64,000 nucleotides of DNA from Candidatus Latescibacterota bacterium (GCA_963707635.1 OY970173.1:1920001-1984000), one strand, 5' to 3'. Numbered from the stretch's first letter, positions 8,574 to 17,888 are shown. Program-made: numbers and translations. Notes: generated by a model not told the origin, from the sequence alone.

Positions 8574-9971
8574 ATGCCGAAGACGATTCTCATCATCGAC
8601 GACGAGAAGACCATTCGCTGGTCGCTGGCCGAGGCGCTCAATGCCAGCGGCTACGAAACGGTCGACGCGGACGGCGCGGCCGCCGGCATCGCCCGCTTCC
8701 GCGAGGCCACCCCGGACCTGGTGCTGCTCGACATGAAGCTGCCCGACGGGTCCGGGCTGGACGTGCTCAAGTCGGTAAAGAGCGAGGACCCGGGGGTCCC
8801 GGTGATCATGATGACCGCGTACGCGGAGGTGGAGACGGCGGTGGAAGCGATGAAGAACGGCGCGTACGATTTCGTCGCCAAGCCCTATTCGCTGGAGAAA
8901 CTTCGCGTCGCTATTTCGAACGCGCTGGAGAACGAGCGGCTGCGCACCGAGATCGCGTACCTGCGCTCGGGCACCACCGGCGGCGCCGTCTTCAAGTCAT
9001 TCATCGGCCGCAGCCCGGCGATGCTGGAGATCTTCGAGAAGATCCGCAAGATCGGGCAGAGCAAGGCCAACACCATTCTGATCACCGGCGAGAGCGGGTC
9101 GGGGAAGGAACTCGTCGCGCGCGCGATTCACTCCTGCAGCCACGACGACGCCCGCCCGTTCATGGAAATAAACTGCGCGTCGGTTCCGGAGACGTTGCTG
9201 GAGAGCGAGCTGTTCGGGTACGAAAAGGGCGCATTCACCGACGCCAAGACCCGCAAGAAAGGCTTGGTCGAGCTCGCCGAGGGCGGGACCCTGTTCCTGG
9301 ACGAGATCGGAGAGATGGGCATCACGCTCCAGTCGCGCCTCCTGCGCGTGCTCGAAAACAAAACCTTTCGGCGCGTCGGGGGTGTCAAGGACCTGACCGT
9401 GAACACGCGCATCGTGTCGGCGACCAATCGCGACCTCGGCCAGGCCATCAAGGACAAGGTCTTTCGGGAAGACCTGTATTACCGGCTCAAGGTGATCCCG
9501 CTCCACATTCCGCCGCTGCGCGAGCGGCGCGAGGACGTCCCGCTGCTCGTCAATCACTTCGTCGAGCGTTTCAATCGCGAGCTCGGCAAGCAGGTGGCGC
9601 CGCCGGAACCGGCCGTGATGGACTACCTCGTGCGCTACGACTGGCCCGGCAACGTGCGCGAGATGCGCAACGTGATCGAACGGGCGATGCTGCTCGAGGC
9701 CCAGGACGAACTGCTGGTGTCACACCTCCCGAGCGAGATCCGCGGGCATGCGGGAGGCGACATTCCGACCGTGCGCTCGTCGGCGGTGGTGGTCGATTCG
9801 TTCTTCCCGATGACGCTGCGCGACGTGGAGCGCGTCCAGATCGAGCGCACCCTCGAGCAGACGCACGGCAACAAGTCGCGCGCGGCTGCGATCCTGGGCA
9901 TCTCGCGGCAGACGCTGCGCGAGAAGCTCAAGACGTTCCACGGCGACGAGGCGACGGTGGCCGGGCCGTAG
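8574..9971 (+). CDS. Sigma54-dependent response regulator (REC-AAA+-Fis HTH; NtrC/AtoC family)
   Basis: IIDDE, LLDMKLP, GESGSGKE, ESELFG, GAFTDA, FLDEI, WPGNVRE, C-terminal HTH. Confidence 0.96.
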   Translation: MPKTILIIDDEKTIRWSLAEALNASGYETVDADGAAAGIARFREATPDLVLLDMKLPDGSGLDVLKSVKSEDPGVPVIMMTAYAEVETAVEAMKNGAYDFVAKPYSLEKLRVAISNALENERLRTEIAYLRSGTTGGAVFKSFIGRSPAMLEIFEKIRKIGQSKANTILITGESGSGKELVARAIHSCSHDDARPFMEINCASVPETLLESELFGYEKGAFTDAKTRKKGLVELAEGGTLFLDEIGEMGITLQSRLLRVLENKTFRRVGGVKDLTVNTRIVSATNRDLGQAIKDKVFREDLYYRLKVIPLHIPPLRERREDVPLLVNHFVERFNRELGKQVAPPEPAVMDYLVRYDWPGNVREMRNVIERAMLLEAQDELLVSHLPSEIRGHAGGDIPTVRSSAVVVDSFFPMTLRDVERVQIERTLEQTHGNKSRAAAILGISRQTLREKLKTFHGDEATVAGP

Positions 9972-10192
9972 AGGCTTCTCGTAGGGGCGCGGGTCCTGTC
10001 GGCCAACAGCCCGCGGCGGGCTCGCCATTCGCGCCTTCGCACTCGGTGGCTCGCCCTGGCGGGCGCCCGTTGGCCGCCACCCGCGTGCGCCTTTCCGGCT
10101 ACCGGACAATTCTTTCCCACCCACGCGGGCATCGGTGCCGGAAACTGGTCGCACGTCGGCCAGCGGCGTGCGGATCGCCGCGGCACCACGCC

Positions 10193-10222
10193 TTTAACCT
10201 TATTTATACCAGCTAGATAACG
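10193..10222 (+). promoter_or_regulatory. AT-rich IHF-like site upstream of a sigma54 promoter
   Basis: TTTAACCTTATTTATACCAGCTAGATAA in a GC-rich context; TACCAGctagATA has two mismatches to WATCARnnnnTTR; lies about -50 to -80. Confidence 0.4.
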
Positions 10223-10247
10223 TCGGCGCCTGGCGTCGCGTTGCCGA

Positions 10248-10262
10248 AGGCACGTGCTTTGC
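10248..10262 (+). promoter_or_regulatory. Sigma54 -24/-12 promoter candidate
   Basis: AGGCACGTGCTTTGC, GG-N10-GC. Confidence 0.65.
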
Positions 10263-10275
10263 GCTTCGGCGCGGC

Positions 10276-11079
10276 GTGAACCCATCGAACGATTCCGAGC
10301 GAGAGTCCTACGTGGCCCGTGATCAGGCGCGCGTGCGCCGCCGGCGCGCCGCGGAAAACCTGCTCGTGGACCTCGGCGCTCGTCCGGCACCCGAGCTGAC
10401 CGCAGACGACCGCGCCACCGTCCGCGCGCTCGACGCGCTCCTCGCCCAGACCGTGCGGGCCGGCCGCCACTCGTCGGGGGCGATTCGCGCCTACGCGTCG
10501 CTGATCGAAGACGCCCATCCGGCCTCGAACGCGAGTCACTGGGCGGAGAAGATCGCGCGTTCGGCGGGCGAGCTGGATGCGTTCGTGGCCCGGCTGGCCA
10601 CGTTGCGCGTGTGCGAGGGCGAAAAACCGACTCCGATGGAATGGGGGGACGCGATGTCGCGCGTGGCCGATCGCTGCGCGTCCATCGGCGTCTGCACAAT
10701 CGAAGTCACCGACCGCTCGCGCGGTGCGTTCCGGCAACGCGCCGAGCTGGTGGGCAGAATCCTGTTTCAACTGGTACGAAACGCGGTCGAGGCGGCGCCG
10801 CGTGGGGGGCTGGTGCGCGTGCGGGTCGACGAGGCCAGACTGGATGGCGCGCGCGGCGCACACATCCGTGTGGGCGACGGCGGCGAGGGAATGACCCACG
10901 ACCGGGTCGAGGAAATCTGGCGGCCATTTGTCAGCGACAAGCGCGGGCACCCGGGCCTGGGGCTCGCGTATGTCGCCACGTGCGCACCGCTGGTCGGCGC
11001 GCTCGCCGGCATCCGCTCCACCGACGAAGGGACCGAGGCGCACCTGATTCTGGAAGAAGAAGGAGGACTGGAATGGTAA
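10276..11079 (+). CDS. Sensor-less histidine pseudokinase (degenerate H-box, HATPase motifs present)
   Basis: QLVRNAVEA, DGGEGM, WRPFVSDK and PGLGLA present; H-box region reads LAQTVRAGRHSSGAI. Confidence 0.75.
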   Translation: MNPSNDSERESYVARDQARVRRRRAAENLLVDLGARPAPELTADDRATVRALDALLAQTVRAGRHSSGAIRAYASLIEDAHPASNASHWAEKIARSAGELDAFVARLATLRVCEGEKPTPMEWGDAMSRVADRCASIGVCTIEVTDRSRGAFRQRAELVGRILFQLVRNAVEAAPRGGLVRVRVDEARLDGARGAHIRVGDGGEGMTHDRVEEIWRPFVSDKRGHPGLGLAYVATCAPLVGALAGIRSTDEGTEAHLILEEEGGLEW

Positions 11080-11648
11080 GGACGATTTTACTCGCAGGCG
11101 TGGGCAAGGCGTGGGTTACCGGCAGCGACGTATCGATTCTCGTCGCGATGCTCGGCGCGGAGGCGCTCGATTTCCTGGCGCGCCGTTCCTGCGACGCGGT
11201 CGCGGTCGGAAACGTCCCCGACCTGGCGCAGACGGACCTGGCGGAACGCATCCACGCGCGCTACCCGCGGCTGCCGATCGTGTTCGTCGGCGAGCAGGTC
11301 CCGGTGATCGCCCCGGTCTGGGAACACGTGCCGCCGTCATTGCTCGACCGGCTTCCGGCCGTGCTCGAACGCGCCGCGGAGGTGGGCTGGCTGCGCCGGG
11401 AATACGACCGTTTCGCGCAATCCACCGCCGAGGCGCAGCCGCGGGAAGTGGAGCTGACATTCGAACAGGGATCCATTCGTGAGATGGAACGCCTCATGAT
11501 CGTCGGCCGGCTGGAGCGATTGAACCAGAACCGGACGCGGTCGGCGGAGTCGCTCGATATCAGCGTGCGCACCCTTCGCAACAAGCTGCGGGAGTATCGG
11601 GCGCGCATCGCGTCCACGGGCCAGAAGCGATCGCTATTGACAGACTGA
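11073..11648 (+). CDS. Pseudo-receiver + Fis-type HTH protein lacking the AAA+ domain
   Basis: ATG 11073 after GGAGG, overlapping the previous stop; REC-like GAEALDFL..CDAVAVG..PD..P-LPIVFV; HTH NRTRSAESLDISVRTLRNKLREY. Confidence 0.75.
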   Translation: MVRTILLAGVGKAWVTGSDVSILVAMLGAEALDFLARRSCDAVAVGNVPDLAQTDLAERIHARYPRLPIVFVGEQVPVIAPVWEHVPPSLLDRLPAVLERAAEVGWLRREYDRFAQSTAEAQPREVELTFEQGSIREMERLMIVGRLERLNQNRTRSAESLDISVRTLRNKLREYRARIASTGQKRSLLTD

Positions 11649-11665
11649 CAGACCGTCGATAGTGT
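11637..11665 (+). promoter_or_regulatory. Sigma70-type promoter overlapped by a tandem TGACAGAC repeat
   Basis: TTGACA-N17-TAGTGT; TGACAGAC at 11638-11645 and 11646-11653. Confidence 0.5.
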
Positions 11666-11668
11666 TCG

Positions 11669-13174
11669 TTGCGGTGGAACCCGTTGAATTCACCGCAGCT
11701 TCAGATTCTGGCCCTTTCGGCTGATCCGACAATCCGCCAGTCGCTCGAGGCGGCCGCGGTCGCCGACATCGGGCCCGTCCGGTTCAGCGACGACGCTGCC
11801 GGGCTGCTCGATGCGCTGACCTCGGCGGCCGGTGCGATCCTCATCGACGAGCTCGCGGAGCCCGCCTATGTCTCCCTCATCAAGCGGGCGCGCAAGACGG
11901 CGCCCGGTGTCGAGGCCATCGTCGTGGGCGGGCCGAAGTCGGACGCGGTTCGGCGCGACGAGCGCCGCGACGCCGTCGATCTGTACATCGAACGTCCGCT
12001 CGAGCCCCGCACCCTGCGCTCCACCCTGACCCACCGATTGACGCTGGCGGCGCTGAAGGCGCGCAGCGGCATCATCGGTCGTTCTCCCGCGCTCGAAGAA
12101 CTGCTCGAGAGCGTGCTGCTGGTGGCGCCCACCGAGGTTCCGATCCTGATCCAGGGCGAGAGCGGGACCGGAAAGGACGTCATCGCGCGCGCGATCCACG
12201 CGTGCAGCCGTCGTCGCGATCGTCCGTTCGAGGCCGTCAACTGTGGGGCGCTCGCGGAGGGCGTGCTCGAGAGCGAGCTGTTCGGCCACGAACGCGGCGC
12301 GTTCACCGGGGCGGTGTCGCGCCGCCCGGGCATGTTCGAGCGCACCGACACCGGAACCATCTTTCTCGACGAGGTCGGCGAGACGAGCCCCAACATGCAG
12401 GTCCGGCTCCTGCGCGTGCTCGAGTCCGGCGAAGTGCTCCGCGTCGGGGGCGTGACGGGACTCCGCGTTGACGTGCGCGTGATCGCGGCCAGCAATCGCA
12501 ACCTCGGCGAAGCGGTTCGCTCGGGCGCGTTTCGCCAGGATCTCTATTACCGGCTCAAGGGCGTGAGCCTGCACCTGCCGCCGCTGCGCGAGCGGCGCGA
12601 AGACATCCCGGTGCTCGTGCAGCATTTCATCGCCGCGGCGAATCGAACCAATCAGAAGTCGGTGCGGGGTGTCGACGCGGACGCGATGAATCGCCTGGTC
12701 GCGTACTCGTGGCCGGGGAACATTCGCGAGCTGCGCAACCTGGTGGAGACGTTGGTCGTGCTCGCGCCGGGCGCCCGCCTCACGCGGGAGCTGGTCGACG
12801 CGCAACTGTCCGACGCCGGCGGACCGACGCGCGCGGAGGCGCTCCTGCCGGTGGCCGTGGGCCGGAGCCGGGACGACGCCGAGCGCGAGTTGCTCTACGG
12901 GTCGATACTCGCCCTGCACCGCGACGTGCGCGAGATCCTTCGCCTCTTCCACGAGGGGTCCCGGCCGCAGCCGGGGGTGGTGTGGGACGGGCTGCGCGAG
13001 GTCGGAACCGAACGGCCGCGCGAGGAGACGAATCTGAGCCTGGGTCATCTCGAACGCGCGGCCATCCGCGAGGCGCTCGTTCGCGCCGGGGGGAACCGCC
13101 GCAAGGCGGCGGAGTACCTGGAGATCTCGGAGCGCACGCTGTACCGCAAGATCAAGGAATTCGGGCTGGCGTGA
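11669..13174 (+). CDS. Sigma54-dependent Fis-family activator with atypical receiver domain
   Basis: GESGTGKD, ESELFGH, GAFTGA, FLDEV, WPGNIRE, HTH GNRRKAAEYLEISERTLYRK; start may be slightly downstream. Confidence 0.93.
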   Translation: MRWNPLNSPQLQILALSADPTIRQSLEAAAVADIGPVRFSDDAAGLLDALTSAAGAILIDELAEPAYVSLIKRARKTAPGVEAIVVGGPKSDAVRRDERRDAVDLYIERPLEPRTLRSTLTHRLTLAALKARSGIIGRSPALEELLESVLLVAPTEVPILIQGESGTGKDVIARAIHACSRRRDRPFEAVNCGALAEGVLESELFGHERGAFTGAVSRRPGMFERTDTGTIFLDEVGETSPNMQVRLLRVLESGEVLRVGGVTGLRVDVRVIAASNRNLGEAVRSGAFRQDLYYRLKGVSLHLPPLRERREDIPVLVQHFIAAANRTNQKSVRGVDADAMNRLVAYSWPGNIRELRNLVETLVVLAPGARLTRELVDAQLSDAGGPTRAEALLPVAVGRSRDDAERELLYGSILALHRDVREILRLFHEGSRPQPGVVWDGLREVGTERPREETNLSLGHLERAAIREALVRAGGNRRKAAEYLEISERTLYRKIKEFGLA

Positions 13175-13197
13175 CCGGGCCCGGCCCAAATCACTCG

Positions 13198-13226
13198 TTG
13201 TGCGCCGTGCGGCCGGCCCTTATAAT
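13198..13226 (+). promoter_or_regulatory. Sigma70-type promoter
   Basis: TTGTGC-N17-TATAAT. Confidence 0.6.
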
Positions 13227-13300
13227 CATCTGGTGCCCCTCCCCTGGTAGTAGCTCCCGAATAAGATGGTTTTTGCCTTCCCCTCGCTGACGATCGAAGG

Positions 13301-14332
13301 ATGATTATGCGGTTTCGCACCGTTGGCTTCTGCATGCTGGGTGTCCTCGCGGCATCCCCGGTTCACGCGACCAAGCTCGCCGGCGAGTTCATGGCGCTCG
13401 GAGGAGGTGCCCGCGCCCTCGGGATGGGCGGCGCGTTCGCGGCGGTGGCCGCCGATGCGTCCACCATCTTCTGGAATCCGGCCGGGATCGCGGGGATCGA
13501 ACGGCGCCAGGTGCTGGCCATGCACGCGGAGCAGTTCGGCGACCTCGTGAACTACAACTTCGGGGCCTACGTCCAGCCGACCTCACTGGTCGACGCGTCG
13601 CACAGGCCGGCGTTCGGGGTGGCGCTGATCCACCTGGGAGCTCCCGACCAGCCGATCACGAACGACCTGACCGCGGTCGACGCGAACGACGATGGAATCC
13701 CCGAGTACTTCATCGATCCGAACGGCCGGGCCATCTACCCCAGCGAGTACGACTCGATCCGGCGCGAATCCGACAACAGCTTCGCGGGTTTCGGCACCTT
13801 TGCGATGGAGACGGGATTCGGGAACGTGGGGGGGACGCTCAAGCTCATCTACCAGGACGCGATCGCCGGGGAATCCAGCATGGGGATCGGCATCGACCTG
13901 GGATTCCTCCGCCGCGGTTTTCTGACCAAGGACCTTTCGGTCGGCGCCAAGCTGCAGGACGCGACCGGGACCTACATCAGCTGGAGCACCGGGACTACCG
14001 AGTTCATCATTCCGATGCTCAAGCTCGGGGGCGCGTATCGCATCGCGCCCGAGGGTCTCCATGGGGCGATCCTGCTCGCGGCCGATGCGGACTTCTTCTT
14101 CGACAACCGGCAGACGGCGTCGGAATTCTGGGTGGAGACGGTCAGCGCCGACCTTCGCCTCGGCGCCGAGTTGAGCTTCGATGACCGGGTGATGATCCGG
14201 GGAGGGGTGGACGGAAGCAACCCGACCGCGGGCGCCGGGCTCTACTTCTCCATGGTTGGGCTGGACTACGCCTACCTGCACCACGACGACTTCGAGGCGA
14301 CCCACCGCGTGTCGCTGCTCGCCAACTTCTAG
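13301..14332 (+). CDS. PorV/PorQ-like (UPF0164/FadL-related) outer-membrane beta-barrel protein
   Basis: Signal peptide, GARALGMGGAF-AVA-DAS-IFWNPAG, C-terminal LDYAY...THRVSL-F. Confidence 0.85.
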   Translation: MIMRFRTVGFCMLGVLAASPVHATKLAGEFMALGGGARALGMGGAFAAVAADASTIFWNPAGIAGIERRQVLAMHAEQFGDLVNYNFGAYVQPTSLVDASHRPAFGVALIHLGAPDQPITNDLTAVDANDDGIPEYFIDPNGRAIYPSEYDSIRRESDNSFAGFGTFAMETGFGNVGGTLKLIYQDAIAGESSMGIGIDLGFLRRGFLTKDLSVGAKLQDATGTYISWSTGTTEFIIPMLKLGGAYRIAPEGLHGAILLAADADFFFDNRQTASEFWVETVSADLRLGAELSFDDRVMIRGGVDGSNPTAGAGLYFSMVGLDYAYLHHDDFEATHRVSLLANF

Positions 14333-14356
14333 TCGCCGCTTTCGGCGGCACCGCCG

Positions 14357-16273
14357 TCAGCGCTGCAAATCGGATTCGTCGATCGAGCCCACGCTGCGCG
14401 GCCTCCACACCACCAGCACGTCGCCGGGGCGGATGGTCGAGTTGCGCGCGCGCCCGTTCCACGCCATCAGGTCCTGCACGGCGACGCCGTAGGTCTTACT
14501 GATCGAATAGAACGTCTCGCCGCGCTCGACGACGTGGCGCTGCTTTTCGAAGCGCGACTCGTCGACCGACGCGGTCTTCGTCGTCTCGGGGACGGCCTCA
14601 GGCTCGACCCGGGACGACGCCACGTAGATGGCGAGCTTCTGGCCCGGGTAAATGTGGCGGCGGGAGAGGTCGTTCCACGAACGGATGCGCGATGCGCTGG
14701 TGCCGTGGCGCTGCGCAATCTCGCTCAAGGTATCGTTGGGACGGACCGTGTAGACGATCCGGGTCTTGCCGGCGGGAGGCGCCGACGTCCGCTGCGCGTA
14801 GCGCTCGAGCGCGTCGCGGTTGATGGCCGACTTCGGGTTCATGTACGACGGCTTCGAGTTCTCTCCCGCGGCCGAGGGAATGTGACCGCCCGCCACCGGG
14901 ATCATCACGACCTGGCCGACCTGCAACATGCTCCTGCGCTTCATTCCGTTGGTGTCGCGCAGCGCTTCCACCGACGTTCCGTAGCTGGCAGCGATCCCGG
15001 AGAGGGTGTCGCCCTTCCTGACCCGGTGCTCCTTCCACGACACGCGTTTTTCGGGCGGCAGCTGGGCGAGGTTCTGGCTGCAGAGCTCTCCCGAGCCGCG
15101 CGGCACCTTGACGTGGATCTCCATGTTGGGCGGCGTCGCGCCACGGCGCAGATGGGGATTCATGTCCCGAATCACTTCGGTGCTCGTCCCCGCGCAGCGC
15201 GCGAGTTGCTCGAGGTCGGTTGCCTCCGTGACCGTGACCGCGTCGAAGCGGATCGGTTCGACCCGGGGTATCGTGAAGCCGTACTTCTCGGGCTCGCGCA
15301 TGATATAGAGCGCGGCGAGGAACTTCGGCACGTAGCGTTCGGTCTGCAGCGGAAGGTCGAGCTCCCAGAAATTCTCCGTCTTCTGACGCGCGACCTGGCG
15401 CGCCACGCGGTACTCGCCGCAGTTGTAGGCGGCGAAGGCGAGAAACCAGTCGCCCCAGATCCCGTGCAGGTCCTGGAGGTAGTGACCCGCCGCGTAGGTC
15501 GACGCCACCACGTCGCAGCGCTCGTCGTACCACCAGTTCACGCGCAGTCCGTAGCGGCGGGCGGTCCCGTTGATGAACTGCCACGGCCCGACCGCGCGCG
15601 CGGAAGACACCGCCTTCATGGCGAAGCCGCTCTCGATGAACGCCAGGCAGACGAGTTCCTGCGGGAGGTCCATCTCATCGAGAATGGCGGCCACCGTCGG
15701 GCGGTTGAGCTGCATCCGGTAGAGGGCCCGTTCGAACCGTTCGCGACCGGGACCCGTGAAATAGGTGAGCCAGAAATCGATCCGGCTGTTTTCGATGTAG
15801 GGGAACGCCGTATCCGTCTTGCTGAACAACGGTCCGTCGTCGATCGACCCCAGCTCGGGCCAGCGCGCGTTGGCGAGCGCCAGGCTGTCGTCCAGCGCTG
15901 AATATCCGTCTTCCACCACCAGGTCCACGGCGAGGGTGTCGAGCGCGGACAGCGCGTTCAAGACGCTCGCGAACTCGGGGTCGTGTTCGGCGTGGGGATG
16001 AGTGCGGATGAACTCGTTGACGTCGAACACCAGCGAATCACGCGCCGCGACGAAGCGGGTCCCGTCGCCGGCGGCCTGCAGCGCCTGCGTGGCGCTCACC
16101 CGGGTTTGAAAGCCGCGCACCGAGGCCGAAACCTCCTGGGCGGCGTCGATCGAAGGCTCGTTGGCGGCTCGCGTGGCCTCCGCACGCTGGTGGGAGTCCG
16201 ATGAGCAGCCGGCTGCGAGTGCCAGGGCCATTCCCATGATGGCCAGTTGTACGGCAGAGTTCTTCAGGTTCAC
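14357..16273 (-). CDS. mltD: MltD-like lytic murein transglycosylase lipoprotein with three LysM domains
   Basis: Lipobox LAAGC, IESGF, GPWQF, AAYNCG, three LysM repeats; GTG 16273 after GGAGG. Confidence 0.9.
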   Translation of the reverse strand: MNLKNSAVQLAIMGMALALAAGCSSDSHQRAEATRAANEPSIDAAQEVSASVRGFQTRVSATQALQAAGDGTRFVAARDSLVFDVNEFIRTHPHAEHDPEFASVLNALSALDTLAVDLVVEDGYSALDDSLALANARWPELGSIDDGPLFSKTDTAFPYIENSRIDFWLTYFTGPGRERFERALYRMQLNRPTVAAILDEMDLPQELVCLAFIESGFAMKAVSSARAVGPWQFINGTARRYGLRVNWWYDERCDVVASTYAAGHYLQDLHGIWGDWFLAFAAYNCGEYRVARQVARQKTENFWELDLPLQTERYVPKFLAALYIMREPEKYGFTIPRVEPIRFDAVTVTEATDLEQLARCAGTSTEVIRDMNPHLRRGATPPNMEIHVKVPRGSGELCSQNLAQLPPEKRVSWKEHRVRKGDTLSGIAASYGTSVEALRDTNGMKRRSMLQVGQVVMIPVAGGHIPSAAGENSKPSYMNPKSAINRDALERYAQRTSAPPAGKTRIVYTVRPNDTLSEIAQRHGTSASRIRSWNDLSRRHIYPGQKLAIYVASSRVEPEAVPETTKTASVDESRFEKQRHVVERGETFYSISKTYGVAVQDLMAWNGRARNSTIRPGDVLVVWRPRSVGSIDESDLQR

Positions 16274-16336
16274 CGGAGCCTCCTGGATGGTGGGACGGCA
16301 GGACCTTGGATCTGGGGCAATATGGATGATGATTTG

Positions 16337-16352
16337 AGCAACTTGCAAGCCA
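16337..16352 (-). promoter_or_regulatory. Sigma54 -24/-12 promoter candidate for mltD
   Basis: TGGCTTGCAAGTTGCT on the minus strand, GG-N10-GC. Confidence 0.55.
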
Positions 16353-16460
16353 AAAGCGGGGTTCCTCCAAGCGGGTGATCCACCCTTGTGATACCGGTGG
16401 AAGTGTCGCTGGTAACTAGTGTAAACTAATTGCAGTAGAATAATCCACCCTGAAGAAGGT

Positions 16461-17867
16461 ATGGCTGCCGTGCGCATCTATGATCAGGACTTCCGATACC
16501 TTCTCCTCCACCTGGTGCCCCAGCACCGGCTGTCTCCCGGACTCCGGCGAGACGTCGACCATGCGCTCCGGAACGGGGAGACCGGCGCACTCCGGCGCGA
16601 GGCGATCCGAGCGCTCGAGGAGCTTTGCGAGAGCGCCTACTTCGAGCGCACGGGGGTGCGCGCCGAGAACGGCCGGGTCGTCGTCGGGTACCGACGCCGG
16701 GGAGGGAGCTACCAGTTGAGTGTCGCCCTCCCGCGCGCGGAAGAAGCGTGGCTCCTCCCGGCCGCGCCGGCAGTTCCTCCCGCAGCGCCTCCCGCCCCGG
16801 ACGCGGTGGAATCGACCGAAACGCTCCGCACCACGAATGCGGCGCCGGCGCCGCATGTCGCCGGGCCCGACGATCGCGCCGCGGTTCCGCAGGCCGATGA
16901 GATCATCCCCGTCATCATGCGCTCGTTCGCGATCGTCGATCGCGCGATGCCCGTGCTGGAACGAATCGACGTGCTGCTGGGTGCGCTGGAGCGTTGGCTC
17001 GGAATGAGCAACGTGGGGCTCGACGTGCTGGAAGACACGCTGGTGGCGGGTGAGGCGGACCCGCGGGCGCGCGTGCGGGTGCTTTCCGAGGCGGACCTGC
17101 GCGCCTCCGAAGTGGCGCGCGCCGCCATTGAATCGGGTACCCGCCGGCTGATCCCGCGCGCGAACCTCGACGCGCCGGGCCCGGGGGGCGCGGCGTGGGA
17201 TGTGCTCGGCATCGCGCCGATCTTCGCCCTGGGCAAGGTGGTCGGCGCGCTGCGGGCGTGCTTTCCCGCGGGGCTCGACCGGACCGCCATGGACGCCGCG
17301 CTCGAGACGGCGACAGGGGTGGTGCGGCACGTGATCGAGTTCCACCACCAGTTCGAGAACCTCACCTCGGTGGACTCTCTCACGGGTATCTACAACCGGC
17401 AGTTTTTCGATCGCCAGTTGCCGGTCGAAATCGAGCGCGCGATGCGCTCCGGGACGGCGCTCTCGATGCTCGTCGCCGACATCGACGATTTCAAGCGCAT
17501 CAACGACGACCTCGGCCACAAGAAGGGCGACGAGGCTCTGGCCGCGGTGGCCGACATCATCCGGCGCAACCTCCGCAAGATCGATACTCCGTTCCGCTAC
17601 GGCGGCGAAGAGATCGTCATCCTCCTCCCCGGCACGCCCGAGTTCGAGGCGGTGCACACCGCCGAGCGTCTGCGGCGCGTCATCCAGCAGCACCGCGGCT
17701 TTCGTGACGGTCGCGGAAACCCGCGCGAGGTCACGGTGAGCGTCGGCGTGGCCGTCTACCCCGACACGGCGAAGACCGGAGACCAACTCTTCTCCCAGGC
17801 CGACGAGGCCATGTACCGCGCGAAGCAACGCGGCAAGAACCAGGTGGTGCTGTACTCCAACTCGTGA
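16461..17867 (+). CDS. Diguanylate cyclase (unknown N-terminal domain + GAF-like + GGDEF)
   Basis: DSLTGIYN, DIDDFKRIND-LGH-KGD, RKID I-site, RYGGEEI, ADEAMYRAK. Confidence 0.93.
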   Translation: MAAVRIYDQDFRYLLLHLVPQHRLSPGLRRDVDHALRNGETGALRREAIRALEELCESAYFERTGVRAENGRVVVGYRRRGGSYQLSVALPRAEEAWLLPAAPAVPPAAPPAPDAVESTETLRTTNAAPAPHVAGPDDRAAVPQADEIIPVIMRSFAIVDRAMPVLERIDVLLGALERWLGMSNVGLDVLEDTLVAGEADPRARVRVLSEADLRASEVARAAIESGTRRLIPRANLDAPGPGGAAWDVLGIAPIFALGKVVGALRACFPAGLDRTAMDAALETATGVVRHVIEFHHQFENLTSVDSLTGIYNRQFFDRQLPVEIERAMRSGTALSMLVADIDDFKRINDDLGHKKGDEALAAVADIIRRNLRKIDTPFRYGGEEIVILLPGTPEFEAVHTAERLRRVIQQHRGFRDGRGNPREVTVSVGVAVYPDTAKTGDQLFSQADEAMYRAKQRGKNQVVLYSNS

Positions 17868-17888
17868 GCAACCGCGCGGCAAACGCGC

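Noticed and set aside
10192..10222. dif-like reading of TTTAACCTTA
   Set aside because: Only a partial XerD-arm match and no XerC arm; the position fits an IHF-like site better.
10231..10244. TGGCGTCGCGTTGC as a sigma54 promoter
   Set aside because: Spacing is GG-N9-GC; the motif at 10248 has the correct N10 spacing.
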